DNA of 64,000 nt, from sequence record NC_015287.1. One strand, written 5' to 3'. The notes under the pieces are model-generated. The model saw only the letters and a program-made list of their open reading frames with translations. It did no database searches and was not told the origin of the DNA. Position 1 is the first letter of the stretch, and each line of letters opens with the position of its first letter. The position numbers were made by a program, and so were the translations under genes. Positions 52,704 through 61,924 of this stretch are shown piece after piece.

Positions 52704-54991
52704 TGCCTTTATCACCTTTCTTTCTACATGGATCGCCAAGTGAACAGAGACTAGTTCAAGACTTGGTGAACGAACACTTAAAGTTGTTCGGACAGGATGT
52801 TTTGTATCTTCCTAGAAGAATCATCAACCAGAACACAGTGATTAGAGAGATCACTGCGTCTAAGTTTGATGATAGTTTTAGATTGGAAGCATACCTTACC
52901 AATGTAGATGGATTTGGAACTCCCTCTGATGTTCTTACTAAGTTTGGTGTTAGAGATCAGGACGAGATTACTCTAGTAGTGTCTAAAGAAAGGTATGATG
53001 ATTTCATAACTCCTTTTATAAAACAGTTCCCAGAAGGCGAGAGAGCAAACGCTTCCCATCCTAATGAAGGAGATTTAATTTATCTTCCTCTAGACAATGC
53101 TTTATTTGAAATCAAATATATTGAAAGAAAAGTTCCTTTCTACCAGTTAAATGAACTCTTCATGTATGAGTTCAGATGCGAGATCTTTGAGCCTGAAGAT
53201 GAAGTCATTGATCTACCTGATGGATTGACTGATAAAAATGGTGAAGATGTTGACGACGGTATCATCACTCGCGGCAACATGATTACTCTCAGGTTAGAGA
53301 AAGAAGGTAATGAAAACGCATTAGGATATGTATCTCTGGCATCTACAGTTCCAGGCGTGAAGTCAATTCAACGCATACAACTTATAAATGACGGTAATTA
53401 TAGAGGAACTCCCACTGTACAAATATTCAAACCAACTCAAGGTAATAGAGCAACTGGTACAGTAACTATCGCTGAAGGTGGTATTGATTCAGTAACTCTG
53501 ACTGATTCTGGATCTAATTACCTAAGTGTTCCTAGTATTTCATTTACACCCCCAAACAAAACCACTTCTGCTCAGATACAGTTTGGTAATAACTCACTAC
53601 ATCATACATCTACAACAGATATGATTGGTGCTAACTTTGCATTTACCAGCAATGTAGATTCTAGAGACAGTGGTAATGGTAGACTATCATTGAGTTTCTG
53701 GTTGTATCCCACTAAGTTTGACCCAGCAGTCAATGGTGGAACAGTCATGTGGACTGATAGATTTAAGATATATTATAGAGAGACAGGTAATATTATATTT
53801 GCTTCTGGTTCTGGATCTATTGAGAACACAACACAACTCAATCTAAATGCTTGGAACTTTATCAGAGTAGAACAGTATAACACTGATGCAACCATATCTG
53901 TAAATGGAACTGTAAGTAACAGTCTTAACACAGCAAACCCAATCATGTTCTTTGCAGGCGATACCCTGAAACTGGGTGCTGATGCTTCAGGACAAGGTTT
54001 CATTCCATCTCAGACTGCATCATGGGAAGGGTACTTAGATCACATTACTCTCAACTTAACAGGTGATAACTCTACAAGAACTGCCAGTGCAGAACAAGTT
54101 CCAACATCGGAAACTCAACAAGAGACAGATATACAGACAGGAACCACTGCACAGTTTATTCGCAAGTTAGATAACGAACATCCTATAGTTAGAGCAACCA
54201 CAGATGCAAATAGAGTTGTATCTTCATTGACAATAGAATATGAGGGATGGGGATATACGTCAGTTCCTATCATGACTATTGGAGAACCTGATCTTGGAAC
54301 TCAGGCAACTGCTGTTGCAATCATGACAACTAGGTCTGGTGTTTCTAATCAATCTATTGATAGAATTTTACTAACAAATCCAGGCACAGGATATACAACA
54401 CCACCTCTGGTTGTCTTTAGTGGAGGTAATCCTATATCTGGTGCAGCTGCTACCGCTATAGTTTCTGAGGCAGTTCTTGGACCTGTAGGACTCACTACTG
54501 GTGGTAAGGGATATACATTTACTCCTACTGTTGGTATCACTTCTGTGTATATTCAACAGTCTAATGAAACTGAACCTCTAATGATGAACGCACAGGCAGA
54601 GGCAGTTGTCAGCACTGCTGGTACAGTTAAGGAGATCAGATATAGTAATGCTGGTGCTGGTTATACTAACACAGCTGCATATGTTGCCATTGGTTCAGTA
54701 ACATCTAATTTCTTTGGTGAGTTTGATATTGATGAAATAGTCAAAGGAGTATCTACAGGTACGAGTGCATACGTCGCCAACTGGGATACCGCAAATAATA
54801 TACTCCAAGTCGTTGCATCATCTGGATCTTTCGGAATTGGTGAGGTAGTGGTTGGTGCAGCTGCCAGTTATAGAATCCTCTCTATCGATGAGTCCTTTGA
54901 GGATGTTCCTTTCGCTTCTAACGATGAAATCGAGACAGAAGCAGATGAGATTTTAGACTTTACAGAAAGAAATCCTTTTGGGGAATTCTAA
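52703..54991 (+). CDS. gp14: Neck protein gp14 with a large insertion
   Basis: gp14 N-terminal core (LVQDLVNEHLKLFGQDVLYLPR, EGDLIYLP, FYQL) and C-terminal DFTERNPFG flank about 500 inserted residues. Confidence 0.88.
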   Translation: MPLSPFFLHGSPSEQRLVQDLVNEHLKLFGQDVLYLPRRIINQNTVIREITASKFDDSFRLEAYLTNVDGFGTPSDVLTKFGVRDQDEITLVVSKERYDDFITPFIKQFPEGERANASHPNEGDLIYLPLDNALFEIKYIERKVPFYQLNELFMYEFRCEIFEPEDEVIDLPDGLTDKNGEDVDDGIITRGNMITLRLEKEGNENALGYVSLASTVPGVKSIQRIQLINDGNYRGTPTVQIFKPTQGNRATGTVTIAEGGIDSVTLTDSGSNYLSVPSISFTPPNKTTSAQIQFGNNSLHHTSTTDMIGANFAFTSNVDSRDSGNGRLSLSFWLYPTKFDPAVNGGTVMWTDRFKIYYRETGNIIFASGSGSIENTTQLNLNAWNFIRVEQYNTDATISVNGTVSNSLNTANPIMFFAGDTLKLGADASGQGFIPSQTASWEGYLDHITLNLTGDNSTRTASAEQVPTSETQQETDIQTGTTAQFIRKLDNEHPIVRATTDANRVVSSLTIEYEGWGYTSVPIMTIGEPDLGTQATAVAIMTTRSGVSNQSIDRILLTNPGTGYTTPPLVVFSGGNPISGAAATAIVSEAVLGPVGLTTGGKGYTFTPTVGITSVYIQQSNETEPLMMNAQAEAVVSTAGTVKEIRYSNAGAGYTNTAAYVAIGSVTSNFFGEFDIDEIVKGVSTGTSAYVANWDTANNILQVVASSGSFGIGEVVVGAAASYRILSIDESFEDVPFASNDEIETEADEILDFTERNPFGEF

Positions 54992-54994
54992 ATA
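54987..54994 (+). promoter_or_regulatory. Possible late promoter TCTAAATA
   Basis: Overlaps the gp14 stop, upstream of gp15. Confidence 0.5.
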
Positions 54995-55015
54995 GTTTCA
55001 TAAGGTGGTAATATT

Positions 55016-56098
55016 ATGTTAACGAATCACTTCTATCATGAGATTATTCGGAAGACCATTGTGTCTTTTGGAACACTCTTTAATAATATAGAAATACAAC
55101 ATACTGACAAGTCAGGTAAGGCTGTCAGTGTGATAAAAGTTCCAGTATCTTACGGACCTCAGCAGAAATTTTTAGCTAGAGTAACTCAAGGTAGAGATTA
55201 TCAAGACGGTGTTGGTACTACGCTCACTCTACCAAGAATGTCTTTTGAAGTTATTGGTATGACTTATGACTCGACAAGAAAGGTGTCTACTATGCAATCT
55301 TTCAAGTCAGTCAATACGAAGACTAACAAAATGGTAAAGGCATTTATGCCTGTTCCATACAATATTAATATGCAACTTAGTATACTATCTAAGTTGAATG
55401 AAGATGCAATACAAATATTAGAACAGATACTACCATACTTCCAACCAGCATTTAATCTAACAGTAGATTTGGTGGATGTGATTGGAGAGAAGAGAGATAT
55501 GCCAATTACTCTGGAAGGAATCCAGATGGAAGATAACTATGAAGATGATTTCCTTACTAGGAGAGCATTAGTTTATACCTTGAACTTTGTATGCAAGACT
55601 TACTTGTTCGGTCCTATTAACAATAGTAGTGAGGGACTTATTAAGAAAGTACAGACAGATTACTATTCAGACACAGAAAATCTCAAAATTGCATCAAGAC
55701 AACAAAGGTACACTGCTGTTCCTGTTGCATTAAAAGACTATACTAAGGATGACACCGCTAGAACTAATCAAGTCATTGACACTGTGGTCACGGCATTCAA
55801 TGTCAACAGTGCAACTCCGTTCAAAAAAGGTGATTATATACAGATTGATGATGAGAAGATGTTAATCCGAGGTGTATCTGGAAATAGATTGACAGTAAAT
55901 AGAGGACAGTATAGTAGTGAAATTGTATCGCATGACATAAATATTCCTATTCATGCTATCAATGCACAAGATGATAACAAAGTAGTTGAGAAAGTAATTG
56001 AATTCGGTGATGACTTCGGATTCGGTGAAACCGTAACTGACTTTAATTCAGATGGCACTATCTACAGTGAGACCCAACAGAGGGATGTTGAACAATGA
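55016..56098 (+). CDS. gp15: Tail sheath stabiliser / completion protein gp15
   Basis: HFYHEIIRKTIVSFGTLFNNI, LPRMSFE, EQILPYFQP. Confidence 0.92.
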   Translation: MLTNHFYHEIIRKTIVSFGTLFNNIEIQHTDKSGKAVSVIKVPVSYGPQQKFLARVTQGRDYQDGVGTTLTLPRMSFEVIGMTYDSTRKVSTMQSFKSVNTKTNKMVKAFMPVPYNINMQLSILSKLNEDAIQILEQILPYFQPAFNLTVDLVDVIGEKRDMPITLEGIQMEDNYEDDFLTRRALVYTLNFVCKTYLFGPINNSSEGLIKKVQTDYYSDTENLKIASRQQRYTAVPVALKDYTKDDTARTNQVIDTVVTAFNVNSATPFKKGDYIQIDDEKMLIRGVSGNRLTVNRGQYSSEIVSHDINIPIHAINAQDDNKVVEKVIEFGDDFGFGETVTDFNSDGTIYSETQQRDVEQ

Positions 56099-56532
56099 TT
56101 GAAGATGAGAACTTTGACTCTATAGATGAGGCACTAGAGGTTTCTTCTGAAATAATTAAGAAAGAACCCATTGCCAAACCTACAAAAACTAGTCCTAAGC
56201 ACCTCAAGTCTGACGAAGAAGACGTAGAGAAGGACTACAAATATAGTAGAGCTCAGTTGTATTCTTTAGTTGAGAAAGGTCAAGAGGCAGTAGACGGTGC
56301 ATTAGATGTTGCACAACAGTCTGACTCTGCAAGGGCGTATGAAGTTGCTGGTCAACTTATCAAACACGTTGCAGACACGGCAGATAAACTAATTGATCTC
56401 CAGAAAAAGATGAAGGAGATCGATGAGGTCAAAGAGAAGAACACTACCAATGTTACCAATAACTCTTTGTTTGTAGGAAGCACTGCTGACTTACAAAAGA
56501 TGCTAAAACAAATGAAAAAGGACACCAAATGA
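56095..56532 (+). CDS. gp16: Terminase small subunit gp16
   Basis: DYKYSRAQL, SARAYEVAGQLIK, NNSLFVGSTADLQKML. Confidence 0.92.
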   Translation: MIEDENFDSIDEALEVSSEIIKKEPIAKPTKTSPKHLKSDEEDVEKDYKYSRAQLYSLVEKGQEAVDGALDVAQQSDSARAYEVAGQLIKHVADTADKLIDLQKKMKEIDEVKEKNTTNVTNNSLFVGSTADLQKMLKQMKKDTK

Positions 56533-56780
56533 AAAGTTTCAAATCAATCAACGAAGAAGGTAACTGGCAGAGATTGAATAAGTATGGTGCAACCTATACT
56601 ATCACTTTTCAGTTTAGAGGTCAGACTAAATTTATTCAAATGTTCTTTCCTCAAAGAGCAAGACCTTTGAAAAAGAATGTTCAATATGAATTGAACAAAG
56701 TATATCCAGGCAGTAAAGTATTATACTTTGATGCTAGTGATAAAGATCCCACGAAACCGTTATTAGTAATTGACGCATAA
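56529..56780 (+). CDS. Hypothetical protein
   Basis: ATGA-coupled 83-aa ORF between gp16 and gp17. Confidence 0.7.
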   Translation: MKSFKSINEEGNWQRLNKYGATYTITFQFRGQTKFIQMFFPQRARPLKKNVQYELNKVYPGSKVLYFDASDKDPTKPLLVIDA

Positions 56781-56783
56781 ACT

Positions 56784-58442
56784 ATGCCTGATAATAATGC
56801 ACAATACCTTGGAAACCCTAATCTAAAAAAAGCAAACGTTGCTCAGAACTTTACTAAGAAACAAGTTGCTGAGTTTTTGAAGTGTGCTCAAGACCCTGTA
56901 TATTTTGCTAAGAACTATGTACAGATCATTAACTTGGATGAAGGTCTAGTACCATTCGAGATGTATGACTTTCAAGAAAAGTTAGTTAATAATTTCCATA
57001 ACAATAGATTCAACATCTGTAAGATGCCTCGACAGTCGGGTAAGTCAACGACTGTGGTGTCATATCTTTTGCACTATGCCATCTTCAACGATAGTGTTAC
57101 AATAGGAATCCTTGCAAACAAAGCTCAGACTGCAAGAGATCTACTTGGTAGATTACAGATTGCATATGAGAACTTACCCAAGTGGATGCAACAGGGTATC
57201 ATTGCATGGAACAAAGGATCTATGGAATTGGAAAACAAATCCAAGATCATTGCGGCATCTACCTCTGCATCAGCTGTTCGAGGTATGTCATTCAACATTA
57301 TATTCTTAGACGAATTTGCGTTCGTTGCCAACCATTTAGCAGATGATTTCTTTAGTAGTGTATATCCTACTATTAGTTCTGGTAAGTCTACTAAGGTAAT
57401 TATTGTTTCTACCCCAAGAGGTATGAATCATTTTTACCGACTGTGGCATGATGCGGAACTAGGTAGAAACGAATACGTCACCACAGACGTTCACTGGTCA
57501 GAAGTGCCAGGCAGAGATGAGGCTTGGAAAGAACAGACGATCAAGAACACATCAGAGGCACAGTTTCGTGTTGAGTTTGAGTGTGAGTTTTTAGGATCTG
57601 TTGATACATTGATTGCACCATCTAAGTTGAAGACTATGGTGTATGATGAACCAATCAATACTGGAAAGAGAGGCGGTGAGATATATCAAAACCCGATAGA
57701 AAAACACAATTATTCAATCACAGTAGACGTTGCAAGAGGTGTAGAGAAAGATTACTCTGCTTTTATTGTGTTTGATACAACTACATTTCCATATAAAGTA
57801 GTTGCAAAGTATAGGAATAATACTATAAAACCAATGTTATTCCCTAGTGTTATTGCAGAATTTGCTAGGGCATATAATAATGCTTTTATATTATGTGAGG
57901 TAAATGATATAGGTGATCAAATTGCATCTATACTATTCTATGACTTAGAATATGAAAATGTCTTGATGACTGCTGTGAGAGGTAGAGCGGGTCAAGTTTT
58001 AGGACAAGGATTCTCTGGTAGTAAAGTTCAACTAGGAGTCAAGATGTCTAAGACTGTAAAGAAAATAGGCGCTTTGAACCTAAAGACACTCATTGAGTCA
58101 GATAAATTAATCATCAATGACTACAATATAATTGCAGAACTGACAACCTTTATTGAAAAATCAAACTCGTTTGAGGCAGAAGAAGGTTGTAATGATGACC
58201 TTGCTATGTGTTTGGTTATATTTGCATGGTTAGTGATGCAAGATTATTTTAAAGAGATGACCGATGATGATATACGAAAGAGAGTCTATGATGATCAAAG
58301 AGATCAGATAGAACAAGACATGGCTCCTTTTGGTTTCATTGCTGACGGTGTATCAGAAGAGACTTCATTCGTAGACAGTTCTGGTGACAGATGGCATGTA
58401 GACGAATATGGGGATAGATCTTATATGTGGGATTACCTGTAA
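56784..58442 (+). CDS. gp17: Terminase large subunit gp17
   Basis: YLGNPNLKK, PRQSGKST (Walker A), IFLDEFAFV (Walker B), VDVARG, NDDLAM; no intein seen. Confidence 0.96.
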   Translation: MPDNNAQYLGNPNLKKANVAQNFTKKQVAEFLKCAQDPVYFAKNYVQIINLDEGLVPFEMYDFQEKLVNNFHNNRFNICKMPRQSGKSTTVVSYLLHYAIFNDSVTIGILANKAQTARDLLGRLQIAYENLPKWMQQGIIAWNKGSMELENKSKIIAASTSASAVRGMSFNIIFLDEFAFVANHLADDFFSSVYPTISSGKSTKVIIVSTPRGMNHFYRLWHDAELGRNEYVTTDVHWSEVPGRDEAWKEQTIKNTSEAQFRVEFECEFLGSVDTLIAPSKLKTMVYDEPINTGKRGGEIYQNPIEKHNYSITVDVARGVEKDYSAFIVFDTTTFPYKVVAKYRNNTIKPMLFPSVIAEFARAYNNAFILCEVNDIGDQIASILFYDLEYENVLMTAVRGRAGQVLGQGFSGSKVQLGVKMSKTVKKIGALNLKTLIESDKLIINDYNIIAELTTFIEKSNSFEAEEGCNDDLAMCLVIFAWLVMQDYFKEMTDDDIRKRVYDDQRDQIEQDMAPFGFIADGVSEETSFVDSSGDRWHVDEYGDRSYMWDYL

Positions 58443-58651
58443 TGGACTTAGATGATCCAGTTTTATTTTTACACGAAAGAAAATGTAGAGTCTGTGGAAG
58501 AACATACCCACTGACAGAGGGTTTTTACCTGACTAGAAAGAGTAGAGGAGTTCTGCCTTCATCATACTCATATGAGTGTAAAACTTGCACTATTGACCGA
58601 GTTAAGAGAAAAAGAAAGAAGGATAAACCAGACGTATATCCAGATTGGTAG
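58442..58651 (+). CDS. Small Zn-finger-like protein (CxxC...CxxC)
   Basis: CRVCG and ECKTC; TAATG overlap with the gp17 stop suggests a start at 58442. Confidence 0.65.
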   Translation: MDLDDPVLFLHERKCRVCGRTYPLTEGFYLTRKSRGVLPSSYSYECKTCTIDRVKRKRKKDKPDVYPDW

Positions 58652-58690
58652 GGGGTTCATGTACGATTTCCCCACAGAAAAGCACAAAAG

Positions 58691-58698
58691 AATAAATA
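58691..58698 (+). promoter_or_regulatory. Late promoter AATAAATA
   Basis: NATAAATA upstream of gp18. Confidence 0.65.
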
Positions 58699-58737
58699 AT
58701 TTCAGAAAAACAACTGAGATCCAAGAGGAACACAAAC

Positions 58738-61158
58738 ATGGCGCTTAATCTAGTATCTCCAGGCGTTAAGGTAAGAGAGGTTGACTTAACTGTAGGAAGG
58801 ATTGACGGCCTTGCCGATCAGGTGGGTGCTATTGCAGGACCTTTCGCAAAAGGACCTGTCAACGAACCAGTATTGATCGAGACAGAAGCTGACTTACTTG
58901 CAACGTTTGGTAAACCCTATACCGCTGACGGACAATATGAATACTGGATGACTGCATCCGCGTTCTTGTCATACGGTGGAGTTCTTAGAGTTCTAAGAAG
59001 TAGCAACAGCACACTTTCCAACGCTAACGTGCCTGTTGGTGCTGCAGTTACTAACTTACAAATCAAGTCTCAAGAAGACTACTATAATAACTACACTCAA
59101 CCTACAACTTGGCATTACGCTGCAAGATCACCTGGCTCTTGGGCAAATGATCTTAAGATATGTACCATTGATGGTGCCGCAGACCAGAGAATTGCAATCG
59201 GTACAGAAGGATTATCAGTTGGATTCGCTGTAACTGCTGCGTTCTCATCTCAGGTTGCAAACACAGATGGAACAGTTGGTGTTCAAACAGGTTACTTAAA
59301 AGGTCTTATTACTGATATCAATGTTGGTTCTATTGATGTCAAAGTTGTTGCGAAACACAACGTTTCTAATGACACTTGGACTAAAGCTGGTTACGAAGAA
59401 GGATCTGACACTAATGCTTTCCAAGGATATAGTTTGTCTATCTTTACTGCAAACGAAAATGCTGATGCAACAGTTAATCATGCAAACAGACTGAAGATCT
59501 TTAACAATTCTGGACAATCAGTTTCGATTGAAAGAACTCAATTCCAAGCAAACATCGGTATTGGTTCCACAACTATCGAATTTGGAGCAGATTTAAACAC
59601 ACTCAAGACTGCACCTGGCGACACAATCAGATCTCTTAACGGAACTTACTCTGGTACTATTGTTTCTTACGCAACCACTGGTGGTGTTGCACAAATCATC
59701 ATGGACACTGCAGCAACTGTTGCATTTGCAAACACAGCATTCCAAGTGATGTCTGGTATTGACAGTGGTATCTACCTCAGAGAAGGTAACTCCGTTGTTG
59801 ACTGGTATGATCAACAGACTCTTGGACTTACAAACCAAACTATCTTCTGGAGTCAGATTGCAGAACGTCCAACAACTTCTGAATTTGCTAAAGACAGAAG
59901 TGGTGAGAATGATGAAGTTCATGTTGTCGTTGTTGATGACACAGGTAAGGTAACAGGCACATCTGGAAACATTGTAGAGAAATGGACTGGATTATCTAAG
60001 GCAACTGATGCTAAGGTTTCTCCTTCTACAAATATCTACTACAAAGATTACGTTGCACAGTTCTCCAACTATGCTTTCGTTGGTGTTGCTCAAACTGGTC
60101 TTGGTCTCAAGAATACTTCTTTAAGTGGATACACAGTAGATAGTTCTGGTGTTTGGGGACAACCAGCACAAGGAGTTGTTTTCAACGGTTCAGGTCCTAA
60201 GACATTCTCACTTACAAACGGAAACGATTACGGTGGAATTGGTAAGTTTGATTGTACATTAGGTGAGGTTGTAAATTCTTACACAGTTCTTGACAACCCT
60301 GCTGAGTATGCAGTTAACTTCCTTATCCAAGGTCCTTCAAGTGGTGCATCCATCTATGAAGCACAGGCTAAGGCAAACAAACTGTTGAGTATTGCATCTG
60401 TCAGAAAAGACTGTGTTGCATGTATCTCTCCTTATAGAGAGGGAGTTGTTGGTGTAACTAACACTGATCAACAAACTGCAAACATCGTACAGTTCTACGA
60501 TAGTTTACAATCTACATCTTATGGTGTATTTGACTCTGGTTATAAGTACACATTTGATAGATTCAATAATACATTCAGATACATTCCTCTGAATGGAGAC
60601 ATTGCTGGATTGATGGCAAGAACTTCGATTAACTCATTCCCTTGGTTCTCCCCCGCTGGAGCAGCTAGAGGAACAATCAACAATGCTATCAAACTTGCAT
60701 ACAACCCATCTCAAGCACAAAGAGATACGATTTATCCTAAGAGAATTAACCCTGTTATCTTCTCTCCTGGCTCTGGTATCGTATTGTTCGGTGACAGAAC
60801 TGCTCAGAAGCAAGCTTCTGCTTTCGATAGAATCAACGTCCGTCGCTTGTTCTTAACAATCGAAGGAACTATCGAGAGAGCTGCAAGATCGCAGTTATTT
60901 GAATTCAACGATGAACTTACAAGATCTAACTTCTTAAACATTGTTGAACCTTATCTTCGTGATGTTAAGTCTAAGAGAGGTATCTCGGACTTTGTTGTCA
61001 TCTGCGATGAGACAAACAACACACCTGATGTTATTGACTCTAACACATTTAAGGCAGACATATTCGTGAAGCCTGCACGTTCTATCAACTTCATTGGTCT
61101 AACCTTTGTTGCAACTAGAACAGGCATCAGCTTCGATGAAGTTGTAGGTTCCGCCTAA
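58738..61158 (+). CDS. gp18: Tail sheath protein gp18
   Basis: LVSPGVKVREVDLT, PWFSPAG, SAFDRINVRRLFL, KPARSINFIGLTFVATRTG. Confidence 0.96.
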   Translation: MALNLVSPGVKVREVDLTVGRIDGLADQVGAIAGPFAKGPVNEPVLIETEADLLATFGKPYTADGQYEYWMTASAFLSYGGVLRVLRSSNSTLSNANVPVGAAVTNLQIKSQEDYYNNYTQPTTWHYAARSPGSWANDLKICTIDGAADQRIAIGTEGLSVGFAVTAAFSSQVANTDGTVGVQTGYLKGLITDINVGSIDVKVVAKHNVSNDTWTKAGYEEGSDTNAFQGYSLSIFTANENADATVNHANRLKIFNNSGQSVSIERTQFQANIGIGSTTIEFGADLNTLKTAPGDTIRSLNGTYSGTIVSYATTGGVAQIIMDTAATVAFANTAFQVMSGIDSGIYLREGNSVVDWYDQQTLGLTNQTIFWSQIAERPTTSEFAKDRSGENDEVHVVVVDDTGKVTGTSGNIVEKWTGLSKATDAKVSPSTNIYYKDYVAQFSNYAFVGVAQTGLGLKNTSLSGYTVDSSGVWGQPAQGVVFNGSGPKTFSLTNGNDYGGIGKFDCTLGEVVNSYTVLDNPAEYAVNFLIQGPSSGASIYEAQAKANKLLSIASVRKDCVACISPYREGVVGVTNTDQQTANIVQFYDSLQSTSYGVFDSGYKYTFDRFNNTFRYIPLNGDIAGLMARTSINSFPWFSPAGAARGTINNAIKLAYNPSQAQRDTIYPKRINPVIFSPGSGIVLFGDRTAQKQASAFDRINVRRLFLTIEGTIERAARSQLFEFNDELTRSNFLNIVEPYLRDVKSKRGISDFVVICDETNNTPDVIDSNTFKADIFVKPARSINFIGLTFVATRTGISFDEVVGSA

Positions 61159-61172
61159 TTCAATTATCATTT

Positions 61173-61180
61173 ACTAAATA
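61173..61180 (+). promoter_or_regulatory. Late promoter variant ACTAAATA
   Basis: Intergenic, upstream of gp19. Confidence 0.65.
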
Positions 61181-61201
61181 CACACGAAGAGGAATCACAC
61201 A

Positions 61202-61885
61202 ATGGGTTTCACAAATAGCTCAAAAATTAATGCAACAACCATCGACGACTTCAAAAGTAAGTTAGTCGGTGGTGGTGCTCGTCCCAATCTATTTGAGGTT
61301 GAATTAGTTTTCCCTGCTGCTCTCAATGAAAAGGACGCAAAAGACAAAGGAAAATTCTTGGTTAAGGCCGCGAATCTCCCTGCATCTAACATCAACGTAA
61401 TTGATGTTCCTTTCAGAGGAAGAAACTTGAAGATTGCTGGAGACAGAACATTTGATGTCTGGACAATCACAATCATCAACGATACTGATTTCATGATCAG
61501 AAATGCTTTTGAGAGATGGATGAACGCAATCAACAAACATGATAACGCTACTGGTGAAGTTACACCAGCAGACTATCAGACTGATATGACTGTTAGCCAA
61601 CTCGGTAGAGCTCCTAAAGGAACACCTGGCGGTTTAGGTGGTATCGATGAAGATGTACCTATTCTCAGACAGTATAAGTTCCACGGAACATTCCCAACTA
61701 ACGTAAGTGCAATCGAACTTTCATACGATCAAACTGATTCTATTGAAGAGTTTACTGTTGACCTACAAGTTCAGTGGTGGGATGCTTACGGAGCAAATAG
61801 TGAGAATGTCTTTGGAACAGGAACACAAGAAAACACACAAATTGGACCTGGTGAAGGAACAGAGAATCAATCTGCTACTGCCTAA
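61202..61885 (+). CDS. gp19: Tail tube protein gp19
   Basis: GGGARPNLFEV, VPFRGRNLKIAGDRTFDVWTIT, IEEFTVDLQVQWW. Confidence 0.95.
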   Translation: MGFTNSSKINATTIDDFKSKLVGGGARPNLFEVELVFPAALNEKDAKDKGKFLVKAANLPASNINVIDVPFRGRNLKIAGDRTFDVWTITIINDTDFMIRNAFERWMNAINKHDNATGEVTPADYQTDMTVSQLGRAPKGTPGGLGGIDEDVPILRQYKFHGTFPTNVSAIELSYDQTDSIEEFTVDLQVQWWDAYGANSENVFGTGTQENTQIGPGEGTENQSATA

Positions 61886-61890
61886 AACCA

Positions 61891-61898
61891 TATAAATA
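61891..61898 (+). promoter_or_regulatory. Late promoter TATAAATA
   Basis: Exact consensus upstream of gp20. Confidence 0.8.
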
Positions 61899-61924
61899 AC
61901 TGGGAACAGCCCAGAAAGTGATTA

